This document shows positions 1 through 13,564 of a stretch of 64,000 nucleotides of DNA, in pieces (the first letter of the stretch is position 1; the number at the start of each line of letters is the position of its first letter). The DNA is taken from the NCBI RefSeq assembly GCF_030684315.1, contig NC_081385.1, positions 21,481,247 through 21,545,246 of the forward strand. The letters run 5' to 3'. A program made the translations under genes and the position numbers. This DNA is from Stegostoma tigrinum. Taxonomy: Eukaryota. Under the pieces are notes generated by a model that did not search any database, was not told the origin of the DNA, and was given only the letters and a program-made list of their open reading frames with translations.

Positions 1-103
1 ATCACTTTAATGATTGGCAGTTATTCACAGGTAGCTTCCCCTTAATTGTTCATTAAAGGAAATTATTGTGAATGAGGTAGTTATGATGAAAGGTGATCAT
101 TCA

Positions 104-185
104 CTTAAGACCGTAAGACATAGGAGTGGAAGTAAGGCCATTTGGCCCATCAAGTCCACTCCGCCATTTAAATCATGGCTGATGA
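104..185 (-). mobile_element. CR1 LINE 3'-end fragment
   Basis: taagacataggagtggaagtaaggccatttggcccatc...catggctgat resembles the reverse complement of shark CR1 3' tails. Confidence 0.55.
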
Positions 186-189
186 TGAT

Positions 190-1930
190 TTATTGATATT
201 GAAGGTAGATGATCTATTAGGTTGGTGTTCTGGATCAGTTTGTTGTTGTTCTGCACTTTCTTATTCAAATTGCAACATTAGTTGCAACATTTGTGGTGTG
301 TGTTGATCCCAGCATCAAAAGACAAACTGTCGGTGATTGTAAAGCCTTGATCTGTGAAACTATCAACAACCTCCAGCATCACATTATCAATACTGATAGG
401 TAATGGTATGGCAACATCCTGGGCCAAGACATTGATCTCCTTGACGCTGACGGTCAAACTAAACACCTAACAGGCATCCATTTGACCATTTGCCACTGGT
501 GTTCATCAGCATGAAGCAACTCTTTGGAGGATTGCAATGAGCAAAACTGGACAGCTTTTCAATCTGAAGGGATATTTCAGCATGAAAGAGAAGAATCAGT
601 CAAAGGATACAGCCTTGGTTGACCCCATCAGAGATGTCTAATGTTGCCCCATCAAGATGGATTTGACCATTAGTTTGCCATGGTGGAGGTCACATCGAAC
701 AGCTTCAGAGAGCTGCCAATAGTCCACAGCTTTAACAAACCTCCTCTGTCAAAGCAGCAAATGCCCTGCTCAGATCAGTTGAAGACAATATGTCATTATG
801 TCATTTGTTCACACATTTTACTTGCAGAAGATCAGAATAATTACAGGTTTTTGGTTCTGATACTATACAAGGATTTGGGATTTAAGCAAAGTCTGATAAC
901 AGTAGGCAAATCATTTCTCATGATGCTCAGCAGGGTAATGTTTCAATAGTGATTGCATTCACTGCAACCACCTTAGCTCTTGTAAAGGGTTCTAAATCTT
1001 TCTTTCATGTGTAACCTGGGACACTAAGTCCTCCCTCCAGATACAGAGAAAACTTGATGAATTCAAATGGGAAATCATCAGCACCTGGACCCTTGCTTAG
1101 GGCAAGAGTGAGCCAATAGCTTTGACAAACTCCCCCACTGTACATTCGATATTCAACTTTGCCTTGAATGTTTTTAACAACAAAACTATTCTCCTTAGAA
1201 CGTAACCCGAAGTGTGTTCCTCCCATCTCCCAATTGCTTATTGATTCAATGATGGTGTCTTGCCTTTGTTTTCAAAGGAGCTGCTCACTTTGCTGACTGA
1301 CCTTTTTGACGCCTTCATACACACTCCCACACTGACACTCCCTGTGCCAAAGGACATCTGGATGACCTAGCAGAGTTGTAACCAGTAGTCATCAGCACAC
1401 TGTCTTGCAGTCTGTCAGATATCATTTTGAACAGCTCTTAATGTATTCAAAGCTTTCCACTCCAATCTCTCTTGTAATTAGTGAGAGCTGACTGCTTGAC
1501 TTCAGTAATAGGCTGAATTGCAGTCATGTTAACCATGAAACAGACAACAGTTTTCTGCTTTTGCATTCCCATATATTGAGAGTGCATGATTGTAGATGCT
1601 GTCTTGAATCTGTTCTATTTTGCTTCTGGACTCTGTGTGGGAAAGCCAGGAAAAAACTTGCTCAATCATGCTATAGAACTGTTGGAATTTATCTGGCTAA
1701 GAAACATGGTTGATGTGGATACAACAGTGGTATTTCTGCTTTCAATGAGAGAACATCAAGGGTTACAATCTTCCCTTAATGTGCTTCAGGCAGTGATTTG
1801 TGTCTATGTTGAGAATGCTGCTCAAAGAATCATGTCTGGTGATGATCATATCCAGCTGATGTCAACTCCTTGATCTTAAATGTTATTAGGACACCTCATG
1901 GCTTGCCTAGCTTGTGCTGAAAGACGGTGT
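190..1930 (-). mobile_element. Decayed RTE-clade LINE ORF2 fragment
   Basis: Minus-strand remnants FSLTVSVKEINVLAQDV...LEVVDSFT..GFTITDSLSFDA, DGVNQGCIL, SKGPGADD and CADDYWLQLC resemble RTE reverse transcriptase; many stops and frameshifts. Confidence 0.75.
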
Positions 1931-2360
1931 CAATTGTGCAGAGCTCTAGTAACAGAAGTACATAGTCAAATAAGTTTAAGCAACATTATCAGCCATTAAA
2001 ATAGGGATTATTACCCAAGATATCTGGTAGGTTTGGATCAGGTAGGTACTTAAAGTCTTAAAAGTCAAACTCCCAATACAAACCTACCTGCAACCTAGCT
2101 CTGTCTTTAGCTAGCTAAGGTAGGAAAGTGGGCAGATGACTAACCCACTTTATGGAGGAATGCTGAATTTAAAATATGATGAATGAAGCTTCAAACCTGA
2201 TTGCCATTAAGGTCTTCAACGTCAACTGCTATCAATCAGATTTCTTCAAGTCTCAGGAAACCCAACAGTGACATTCAAGCAAGGATCTTAAATCGAGGAG
2301 ACGAATTTGAATGCATTCACCTTTGCGTTATGCAATCCTTGTAAAACTTTATTTACATCC

Positions 2361-2715
2361 TGGGGAGGTGATGGCCTAATGGTATTAGTGCTGGATTGTT
2401 TATCCAGAGACTCAGATAATGTTCTGGGGATTTGGGTTTGAATTCAACCATGCAGATGGTAGAATTTGAATTCAATAAAATCTCGGGAATTAAAAGTCTA
2501 ATGATGAGCACGAATCCATGGTGAATTGTCAGGAAAAACCCACCTGGTTTGCTAATGTCCTCAAGGGAAGGAAACTGACATCTTTACCTTGTCTGGCCTA
2601 TATGTGGCTCCAGATCCACAGCAATGTGGCTGACTCTGAACTGCCCGCTGAGTAATTAGGGATAGGCAATAAATGCTGTCTCGCCAGTGAACCCTAATCC
2701 TGTTAATGAATTTTT
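2361..2715 (+). mobile_element. tRNA-derived DeuSINE-like shark SINE (SacSINE1-like)
   Basis: tRNA-like head, central ggaaggaaa...tctggccta.atgtg.ctccaga.ccacagcaatgtgg domain, ggcaataaatgctg tail; several copies in the window. Confidence 0.7.
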
Positions 2716-3270
2716 AGAAATCTGACTTTCAGGGCAGGGTGGGTTAAGAAGTTATGCTCTTCCCCCTTCATAGAAAACCCCTAAAACTCTGGACTCACTC
2801 TTGTGCTCCCAACTTTCTTCCATTCCCAGTCTTCAATGCGCTTACACTGAGGCCTCTGATTGCACGTCAGCATTGCCAAGCCTCCAACCACTCCAACTGC
2901 TTCTCCACCAGCATGTCCTCCAGGTCTTCAGTCTCCAGACCTTAAATTTCTATACTTGAATCTTTGGGATCATTAGCTAATAATCAACCATTCCTCCCCT
3001 CAATCCAGAAGGAAGTGACTACCTTCCATTCCTTCATAAATGGGTTTTCTTCCTTCAGTCCCCCACAGCTGCCTCCTCCCAGCCACATACTTTGTCTTTG
3101 CTTCTCCACCTATCTGGAAGCAAACCTGTCAATTAATGTGTAAAGAAATCCACACAAATTTCTAATCAACACCCTTCCTGAAGATATAAGTAAAAGTATA
3201 CTGCTGATCTCCATCTCCCAAACAACACAGTTTTGAATCTACATAAAAAAAACTGTGAAAAAATTTAGAT

Positions 3271-3922
3271 TTGAAATGGCTCGGGGACCGCTTTGCAGAA
3301 CACCTCCACTCGGTTCACAATAAACAACTGCACCTCCCAGTCGCTAACCATTTCAACTCTGCCTCCCGTTCTTTAGATGACATGTCCATCATGGGCCTCC
3401 TGCAGTGCCACAATGATGCCACCCGAAGGTTGCAGGAACAGCAACTCATATTCCGCTTGGGAACCCTGCAGCCTAATGGTATCAATGTGGACTTCACCAG
3501 CTTCAAAATCTCCCCTTCCCCTACTGCATCCCTAAACAGCCCAGTTCGACCCCTCCCCCCACTGCACCACACAACCAGCCCAGCCTGTCTCTGCTTCCCT
3601 AACCTGTTCTTCCTCTCACCCATCCCTTCCTCCCACCTCAAGCCACACCTCCATTTCCTACCTACCACCTCATCCCGCCTCCTTGACCTGTCCATCTTCC
3701 CTGGACTGACTATCGCCTCCCTACCTTCCCACCCATACTCTCCTCTCTACCTATCTTGTTTTCTCTCCATCTTCGGTCCGCCTCCCCCTCTCTCCCTATT
3801 TATTCCAGTTCCCTCTCCCCATCCCCCTCTCTGATGAAGGGTCCAGGCCCGAAATGTCAGCTTTTGTGGTCCTGAGACGCTGCTTGGCCTGCTGTGTTCG
3901 TCCAGCTTCACACTTCGTTATA
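3271..3922 (+). mobile_element. Penelope-like element 3' part (GIY-YIG C-terminus plus terminus with hammerhead motif)
   Basis: LGDRFAEHLHSV...PVANHFNS...LQEQQLIFRLGTLQPNGINVDF; C-rich 3' region; ctgatgaagggtccaggcccgaaatgtc at 3831-3858. Confidence 0.8.
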
Positions 3923-4099
3923 GAGAAAGTGAGTTGTTGATTTGATAAAGGCATTTTGCAAATGTCTTAGACTGATTAACAGAGAGCTGAGTAATGAGGT
4001 GTTTAACTGCAGTTTCCTTTCATGGTCACACAATTGTATACTCGGGAATAGCATGATGTAATAAGGCTTCTTATATAAAATAAATCAACTTTTCATTCA

Positions 4100-4190
4100 G
4101 TGATAATGGGAACTGCAGATGCTGGAGAATCCAAGATAATAAAATGTGAGGCTGGATGAACTGTGTTCATCCAGCCTCACATTTTATCAA
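4100..4190. mobile_element. Palindromic remnant of two head-to-head Penelope termini
   Basis: Perfect 23-bp inverted repeat 4139-4161/4165-4187; same sequence as the terminus at 54957-54980. Confidence 0.7.
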
Positions 4191-5164
4191 CTTTTCATTT
4201 AGTCCTGTTGAAATCCTCACTGCTTTTGACTTTTCCAGCCGCGTGTTGCTGCCAAATTTTAATGGCTTATGAGTTGATAATAAAAGGTATAGTTTTAAAA
4301 AAACTTGGTAAAAGAACTAAGGGCAACATGTGGAAGACAATGAGTAGTTAGGTGCTGTTTGATAAAGTGAAGGACATAGATTGGTCTTCAAAAGGCAACT
4401 GAATAAATACTTCAGGGAGAAAAAGCAATTGCAGGGAAATGGGAAAGAATGGAAAAGTATAACCAGCTGGATAACTTAAATCATTTTTCAAAACTAATAG
4501 CACATATTTGACAGGATGAATGGTATCATTCTCTGCTGTAGTTTTCTATGGTTTTACTATCATTCTCCAGCATTCAATTTTAATACTGACTTCATTTTTC
4601 GGGCAATTTTTGGGCATTTCACCTCTAAATTCTGGCCAAAAATTAAGATTAATGCTTGAATATTTAAGTGTAGTAATAAAGTGTTTTAATCATCTCATCT
4701 GCAACATTTTAGTTGTCCTCTATGTGCACAGCGTGACACCATATATTACACCAACCTCCTCTATTACAATACTAACCTTACTTACTACCTGAATGCTTAG
4801 TAAATTCACTTATTCATTTATATACTGTGTTACAGATTAACATCTGCTAACAAATTGTAGAAATTCTTGCTTCTTATTATATCACCAGTGCTACAAATTA
4901 AACGCAGCTGAAATTTTGGTTAACAAGTCAAAATTGCCAGCAGCAGTGACGATTTCAACAGGACTGAATAAAAAGTTGATTTATCTCAGAGGAGTGGACT
5001 TATTACATTGTAATCACCAATTTACTCCCAAATATAGAATTATGTGACCACAAAGGAAAACTGCATTAATTGTGTGTGTGCAACCAAACGTTTCACTCCA
5101 ATTTCCAAGATCTGGCATAGCATAAGTTGATTAAAATTGCTCCAGGCAATATTCCTATTTTAGG

Positions 5165-6560
5165 TTGCAGAACTGCTCGTTGAGCCAGTGTATTTGGGTT
5201 GTAGATATTTTGTCACCTTGCTAGGTAACATCGTCAGTGAGCCTCTGGTGAAGTGTTAATGTTCTGTCTGGCTGGTTAATTATCTGCCTCCGTTTGCTGG
5301 GGTGGTTACCATTACTTCCAGTTCTGTCCTTCAGTGATTTCTATACCATGTGCCATTCAATGTGTTTGTTGACAGAGTTCTGGTTGAAATGCCAGGCCTC
5401 CAGGAATTCCCTGGCATGTCTCTATTGTTGCTTGTGCTCTTATGGATGTGTTGTCCCAGTTGAATTTGTGTACTTCTTTGTCCGTGTGTATTGAGACCAG
5501 TGAAAAGTGAACACTTCTCTTGGCGGCTAATTGGTATTCATGTATCATAATTGTCAGTTTTCTTCCAGATTGGCCAATGTAATGTTTCTTACCGTCCTTG
5601 CATAGTATTTTGTATATATAACATTAGTTTTATTAGTTGTAGGTATGGTCCTTTATGTTAGTCAGTCGCAGTCTCAGGATGGTTGTGGTTTGTGGGCTAC
5701 CCTGATACCTAATGGTCTGAGTAGCCTTGTGGCCATCTCTGATATGTCTCTGACGTACATTAGGGTGACTAGTGAGTCTGGCCATGTTTTGTTTTCTTGT
5801 TGTGGTCTGTCGTGGAGGTAACAGCAGGTTGTGATTTTTGGGTATCTATTCCTTTTAAAAACTCTGTATAAGAACTCCTGTTCTGCTTTGCGCAGTTCTG
5901 GGTTGCTGTAGTGTGTTGTGGCTCATTTGAATAATGTCCTCAAGCAGCTCCGTTTATGGTATTGGGATGGTTGCTGGTGTCACTAAGTATCTGGTCCGTT
6001 TGTGTTGTCTTTCTGTATAAGCAGTCTGGAGTTCCCCATTACGTTCCACCACTATGTCCAGGAAGGCTAGTCGGTTGTTGTTTTCTTCTTTTTTGTGAAT
6101 TTTATTCTGGTGAGGATGTTGTTTATGTTTCAGTGGGTTTCTTCTAGTCTTGTACATTTGTTAATCATGAAGGTGTCATCTACGTAGCGGATGCAGATTT
6201 TGGGTTGGATAGTGGAGAGCGCTGTCCATTCCAATCTTTGCATTACTGCTTCTGCTATCAGTCCTGATGTTGGGGATCCCATTGGTGCTCCGTTGTTTTG
6301 TTTGACCATACGGTCATTGAAGGTGAAGTGGGCCATGAGGCACAGATCCAGCAGTTTCAGGGTGCTGTCCTTGTTGATGCTGGCTGTGTCGTGGGGTGCC
6401 TGCCTTCTTGATTGGTTCAGCAATTGTCTCTTTGGCTAGTTCGATATAAATAGTGCTGCCACATCAAACAATAATATTATTTCATCCTCTTCTGTTCTTG
6501 TATCCTTGCTGTTCAGGAATGCTTGGGAGGAATGGATGGAGTGGGTAAGTGTTGTTAACT
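5165..6560 (-). mobile_element. Second-family Penelope-like element (RT plus GIY-YIG), decayed
   Basis: LLDLCLMAHFTFND...GAPMGSP.SGLIAEAVMQRLE...RYVDDTF (RT motifs) and NVIYKI.CKD..KHYIGQSGRKL...IHEYQLA (GIY-YIG). Confidence 0.85.
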
Positions 6561-6769
6561 AAGTATATGATGGGCTCCGCATCCTGGATGATCCTGAATG
6601 CATCCTCGACTCAGAAGTACATAAGCCAGGGGTCACCCTCAGACACATTGCCTTACTGCAAGGTGCCAAATTAGCCTGAAAGCACTCACCTATACTGCAA
6701 AGTGGATTGTCATGGGCCTGGTATCCGGAATACTTAAGACCCAAACATTACATCACTGTAGCATTTCCC

Positions 6770-9700
6770 TTCCTCCCTCCTCCTCTAACCAAAAAAAGAC
6801 AGAGATGTGCTATTGAAAATTTGTTGGTACCAAAGTGATAAGTAAGGTGTTGACTCAGGAGGCTTCGGTGAGTAGCAGCTCAGCAAAGAGTACACGTGGA
6901 CTCAAGTGAAGTCCTTTTCGACTTTCCTCTTTAGTCTTGGAGCAGTTGAGATTGTACTGAGGGCAGTGACATGCTCCTCCTGCAGGATGTGGGGAGCTCA
7001 GGGTGACTTCCATCATCCCTGATGACTACACCCATGGGAAGTGCACCCAGCTGCACTTCTGGGAGACTGTTAGGGAGCTACAGCTGTACCAGGATGCACT
7101 CAGGATCATCCAAGATGCTGAGCCCATCAAAGATAAGAGTTTGAATGAGGTGGTCGCACCTACAGTGCAGGCAGAGAGTAGCTGGCTGACCAACAGGAAA
7201 GGCAAAGGGATTAGACAAGAGAGTGTAGGAATCCCCTGTGGCCACCATTTTGGATACTGTTGGAGGGGATGACCGATCAGGGAAAGGAGCAGTAGCCAGG
7301 TCAGTGGCACTATAACTGGCACTGAGGCACAGCAGGAAAGGGTAAAGGTAAACAGGGCCTTACTGATAGGAGACTCGATAGTTAGGGTGACAGAACAGGA
7401 GATTCTGTGGCTGCAAATGGGAATCCATGCTAGTGTGTTGCTTCTTGCGTGCAAGGGCTCAGGACATTGGAGCCGCTGCAGAACATTGGGGAAGGTGATC
7501 AGCCAGAAGTCTTTATGCACATTGGTGCAAATGACGTAAGTCAAAATAGGGATGAGGTCCTGCGATGTGATTATAGAGAGCTAAGAAAAAGGTTAAAAGC
7601 CAGAGCCTCAATGGTGGTAATCTCCAGAGCCATGTGCTAGTCATGGTAAGAACAGGAGGATATGGCAGATGAATGTGTGGCTAAAGAATTGGTGCAGTGG
7701 GCAGGGATTCAGATTCTTGGATCATTTGGGATCTTTTCTGAGGCAGAGGTGACCCATTCAAGACCCTAGTTCTATTAACTTTAAAATAGTTATGGAGAAA
7801 AACAAAACTGGTCCACAGGTTCGAGTACTAAATTGTGGCAAAGCAAATTTTGAAGCCTGCAGGGGTTGGATAGGAGTAGTTTATTTGCAGGCAAAGGACC
7901 TCTGGCAAGTTGGAGGCTTTTGAAAGAGTGATAGCTTGAGTTCCAGGTCTATATATTCCTGTGAGGTTAAGGGGCAAGGTTGGCAGGAGTTGGGAATCCT
8001 GGATGACATGACATATTGAGGCTTTGACCAGAAAAACGAAAGAGGCATAAGCTCAGGCACAGGCAGCTGGGATCAAGGAAATCTCTGATGGAATACAAAG
8101 GATAACGGGAGTTTATTGAAGAAGGAAATTAGGAAGGCAAAAAGGGGGCACGAGATAGCTTTGGCTGAGAAGATTAGGGTGAATCCAAAGAGATTATTTA
8201 AGTGTATTAAAGAAACAAGAATAACTAGATAGATAACAGGGTCTCTCAAGAATGAAAGTGGACATGTATGAATGGAATCACAGGAAATGGGTGAGGTCCT
8301 CTGCACATTTGTGTTTAGTGGAGAAAGACATGAAGACTTGGGAACTTGGCAAAGTTAGTGCTGCTCCCTTGGTCAGTCCACATGACCAGTAGAGGAGGTG
8401 CTGGAAGTATTAGAATGTATGAAGGTGGATAAATGTCCTGATCCTGACCAGATATATCCAAGAAGCCTGCAAGAGGCTACAGAAGAAATTGCAGGGGCCC
8501 TGCCTGATATATTTGCATCATCGTTAGCCACGGTTGAGGTTTCAGAAACAAAATGTTATTCTCTTAAGAAGGGCTGCAAAGAAAATCCTGGGAACTAAAG
8601 ACCAGTAAGCCTATTATCTGCGGTAGGTAACTTACTCGAGAAAATTGTGGGATAAGATCTATGTTTGGATAGCCAGACTTTGATTAGTCAGCATAGCTTC
8701 GTGTGTAGAAGATCAGGCATCTCAAATTTTTTGGAGTTCTTTGAAGTGGCCAGGAAGGTGGTTGAGGGCAGGGTGATAAATGGCGTCTATATGGATTTCA
8801 GTAAAGCCTTTAAGGTTGCACATGGTAGGCTGCTCTGGAATGTTAGATCACATGGAATCCAGGGAAAGCTGGCAAATTTGATACACAATTGGCTTGATGG
8901 TAGGAAGCAGAGAGTAACATTGGAAGACTGTCCAGCTTGTTGGTCTGGACGCCTGTAATTAGTGCTTAGCTCATTGCTGTTTGTTAGCTAGATCAATGAT
9001 AAGAATGCACACTGTATGATTAGTAAGTTTATGGATGTCACTAAAATACACGGTATCGTGGACAGTGAGGAAGGCTATCAGAAATTGCAGCAGGATCTTG
9101 ATCAGCTGGGAAAGTGGGCTGAGAGATATCTATATTAAATTCTGTGCTAAGTGTGAGGTGTTGCATTTTGGAAACCAAATTAAGATAGCTTCATGGTGAA
9201 TGGTAGGGCCTTAAGGTGTGTAGTGGAACACAGGGTCCTTTAAGTCCAGGTGCACAGTTCTCAAAGTGGAGTCACAGGTGAACAGGGAAGTGAAGAAAGC
9301 TTTTGGCACATAGCCTTCATCAGTAAGGGCAACGAATATTAAAGTTGAGAAGTTATGTTGCAATTGTATAGGACATTGGTGACAACGTGTTGAGTTTTAG
9401 TCACCTTGCTACAGGAAGGATGTTGCTAAACTGGAAAGCGTGCAGAAGAAATTTACAAGGAAGTTGCCAGGACTCACGAGAATAAGTTTTACTAGGACCT
9501 TTGTCTTTACAGTGTAGGCAACTGAGAGCTGATCTTGTAGAAGTGTTTAAGATCGAGAGGCATGGATAGGGTGAATACACTCAGTCTTTTGGTTGGGGAT
9601 TCAGGGAATAGAGGGCATCAGTTTAACGTAAGAGGGGAAAGAATACGTGGAAACCTCAGGGGCAATTTTTTTAAAAAAGAGGGTGGTGAACATATGGAAT

Positions 9701-9895
9701 GAGCTGCCGGCGGAAGTGGTCGAGGCAGGTACGTTAACAACATTTGAATAAATACATGGACAGAAAAGGTTTAGAAGGATATGGGCCAAGTGCAGCGAAA
9801 TGGGGTGAGCATGGATGGACATTTTGGTCGGCACAGACCAGTTTGGGTCGAAGGGCCAATCTCCATGCTGTAGGACCTTATGACTTTATGACTCT
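6770..9895 (+). mobile_element. CR1 LINE with ORF1 (SGNH/esterase-like) and RT, endonuclease region largely deleted
   Basis: ORF1 remnants LLIGDSIVR and VFMHIGANDV...YRELRKRLKAR; ORF2 remnants DKCPDPDQIYPR and YMDFSKAFKVAHGRLL; CR1 3' tail. Confidence 0.85.
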
Positions 9896-11294
9896 AATTC
9901 ACTAAGTAACACAGGAAGAATATTCAAAGCTCGGGACCCTGCTAGCAATTCTGTTGCTCTGTTTGATACTGACTCCATCAAACCAGTTAGCTAGGTGTTG
10001 ATTGCTAAGATCATCAACTGTCTGATTCATCTGATTCATGTTCAAATTACATGAAATATTACAAAAAAGAGCAGTATAAAAACTGAGATCAAGCCTTTTA
10101 AGCTCACAATATCTTTCTGTCCAACTAAAATATTAGAGTTCAATGTCTGTTGAATTTTATGACCTCTGTAAGGTTAATCTCAATTAATACTAATTGTCCT
10201 CAAATTTATGTTGTAAACCTGTATCAATTGGAATCAAAAATCAGACAGTCCAAAGCAATATCAAACATTACTAAAAAAGAGATTTACTATGTGTCACATC
10301 AGTCTGTTGTCTCCTAATAACAAGGTAAGGCCTAAATCCAAGTACTACTGGATGTGCAGTAATTCATTTCTAAAGTTAAACAATATTCTTTATTCCACAA
10401 TATCACCGGCAACATCTCAAAAATCTGCATTTTTCAGTTTCCCACAAGAACTGGCAATAGCTTATACTCTCTGTGACTGTTGCTGCTCTTTCTATAAGAA
10501 GATTTAGTGATAAAGTTAGAAAATGCAATGCTTCATAGAATATTCTATAAATAATGATTTTATTCCATATTTCGTCCATGAAGTGCGCAAGACAACAACT
10601 AATGGGAATTATTATGTATTCAGTGAAGATCATCTGTACTAGGATTAGAGGCATTAAGGTGATGCAGTCATTTCAAGGGCTTAGCATGAAACTAATCAGC
10701 TTTCTATTAGTATTCCAATTGCATAATGCTAGAATGCAGTGACTTTGGGAATATTGCCAGCTTTTAGTGAACATTCAAGCTGAACCTGACAAAGATAGTC
10801 TTTATTCAATGTTACAATCTTACCTTCAATTCCCTTATGTATAATTGCAATTAATGTTATCAGAGGATTAAGAAAGTGTTTGTCTACTTTATTGATAAAT
10901 ATTTAAGCAGGGTACTTCAAGAGGATGAAATCTGTTATTGAAGAGCCTGATAATTCAAAGCACCCACTTTGCGTTATAGACCATTTATAACACAATTTAA
11001 AAACAGATTAGATTTCTTTTAGAGCAAAATGCAGTGCGAATATCAATCTCGGATTAATATCAAGAGTTGACAAATTCAAGATGTACTGCCAGCTCCATTT
11101 CACTGTTTGGTCACAAAAGGCACTATTGCATGGAATTCATCCCAGTACAAAAACATAATTTATTGTTAGGGATAATCTGTGGATTTTCTTCTAAATGTTC
11201 AAAACCCTGAGATTTCCCTCTGCACTGAGTTATGTTTGCCAGTCATGACACATGGACTGTCCTGAAATGTTATACAGTGTAAGAAATACTAAAT

Positions 11295-12958
11295 ATTACA
11301 GCACAGAAAAAGGTTATTCAGCCTATCTACTCTAATCCAATTTCCCAGAACTTTCTCAGACATTCACATATGCCTCTAAATTCTTCTGGAATATTATGAT
11401 GTTGCCCACCTCTACCACCCTTTCAGGCACAAAGTTCCAGATACCCACCACACTCTTGGTGAAAAAGTTTTTCCTTAAGTCCCCTCTAAACCTTCTGCCC
11501 TTTACTTTACTTTAAATATATGTGCCCTAGTTATTAATTCCTTCACTAAATGGCAAGATTTCTTTTTATCCATCCCATAAATGCCTCTCATACTTTTTAA
11601 ACTTCAGTCAGGTCCCCTCCTAGCCTTCCTCGCTCTATGGAAAACTCCAGCCTAAATTAGTCACTCTTTATAATTGAAATGCTCCAGACTGAGCAACATC
11701 CTGGAGAATCTCTTACACATTCTCTAATGCAGTCACATCCTTCCTGTTCTTGGGAACAAAAATTACATACTCCAGCTATGGCCTAACTAATATCTTTTTC
11801 ATCTCTATAATTACAAGAGCAAGGAGGTGTTTATTAATGACTCAATCAATAAAGGAGAGTATCCCGTAGCCCTCCTTACCTTGCTAAAGCAGCTGGTCCG
11901 TTGTTTTCAAGGATCTATAGACATTTGCACCAAGTTCTCTCTAATTCTCTGATCTTCCCAGGATCCTCACATTGTGTATTTCCTCACATTGTTGGTCCTC
12001 CCAAAATATATTACCTCATAGTCTGAAGGATTGAACTCCATTTGCCACTGTTCAGCCTTGCTGACTAGCTGAAATGTATCAGTCCATCACCTAAGGATTT
12101 CGCCTCATTATTTATCAGATCACTAATTTTGTATTATCTGCAAACTTACGAATTATAACACTACATTCATGACAAATACACAGGAACCTAGTACTGAACC
12201 CTAGGGTACATCATTGGACACAGGTTCCAATCAAAAAACAATTTTTCAGCACACCGTCAGCCTCCTGCACTATGCCTATTTTATAAACAATTTGGCAAAA
12301 TACATAGGATCTTACTTTCTTGACCAGTCACCTATATGACACCTTGTCAAAAGTCTTACCGAAGTCCATGTGGACAACATCAGCACACTACCCTCATTGA
12401 CACACTTTGTCACCAAATCCAAGAATTCAATTAAAATCATTACACTTGATCACCCCATTCCTGATAAAGACATGCTGACTATCCACGGTTAATCCTGGTT
12501 TCTCCATGAGGGGATTAACATTGTTCCTCGGAATGTTTCCAAATGTTTCTAGTATTGCCAGGCCTGCTGGCCTTTAGTTTTCTGGTTTATCACTACCATC
12601 CTTCTCAAATAATAGCATCACATTAGCTTTTTTCCTCTGGCACCTCTCCTGTGGTCATAATGTCAATGTTCAGGCTGTTGAAACCTTCTCCTTTGTCTCT
12701 CACAGTAGTCTGGAATGCCTAGGGGTTTATCCAATTTTAATCGGCTAAAACCACTGATAGCTCCTCTCTCTGTCTTAGTTTGTTCCCCTTTTTGATTTCT
12801 AAACCTACATCATTCTTCTCTATAGTACTGAAAAGTACTCACTTAAAATCTTAACCATGCCTTCCAGCCACATACACACATCGTCACTTAAGTCTTTATT
12901 GTGTCTTATTCTTTCCCTAATTATCCTCTCGCCCCTAATATACTTATAAAACACCCCT
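11295..12958 (-). mobile_element. Old CR1 LINE ORF2 fragment; continues at about 13470-13560 and 15010-15960
   Basis: Reverse-oriented CR1 RT and 3' sequence, heavily diverged and interrupted by younger insertions. Confidence 0.7.
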
Positions 12959-12959
12959 T

Positions 12960-13470
12960 GATTTGATTTATTATTGTCACATGTACTGAAATACAGTGTT
13001 GCATGCTAATAAAACAACTCATACCTTTACACAAGTACATCAGGGTATTACAGAATGCCGAATATAATGTTACAGCTACAAGAGAAGCTCTAGAGAAAGA
13101 TCAACTCTAACTGTCTAAGAGGTCGTTCATAAGTCTGATAACAGCAGGAAAGAAGCTGTTCTTAAATCTTTTGGTACGTGTTTTCAAACTTTGTATCTTC
13201 TGCCTGATAGAGGGTGGAAGAGAGTTTAAGTGGGGTGGGAGTGGTCTTTGAGGTTGGCTGCTTTCCTGATGCAGCAAGATGTGTACAGTCAATGGTTTGC
13301 ATGATAGACTGAGCTGTGTTCACAACTCTCTCGAATTTCTTGCAGTCTTAGGCAGATCAATTTCCAAAGCAAGCTGTGATGCATCCTGATAGGATACTTT
13401 CTATGATGCATCAATAAGAATTGGTAAGAATCCTCGTGGGCATGTGAATTTCCTTAGCCTTTTGGATTTA
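12960..13470 (-). mobile_element. Rex1/Babar-type LINE 3' fragment
   Basis: C-terminal KTRTKRFKNSFFPAVIRLMN motif; gtgacaataa(tcaa)-type tail. Confidence 0.7.
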
Positions 13471-13564
13471 CATTTACCCACCATTGTTTTTAACGTGCCC
13501 TCTCATTTGTATTTTAAATAAACCTTTGCAGTTTTGACACTCCTTTGGGCCTTCTCTTGTTTTG

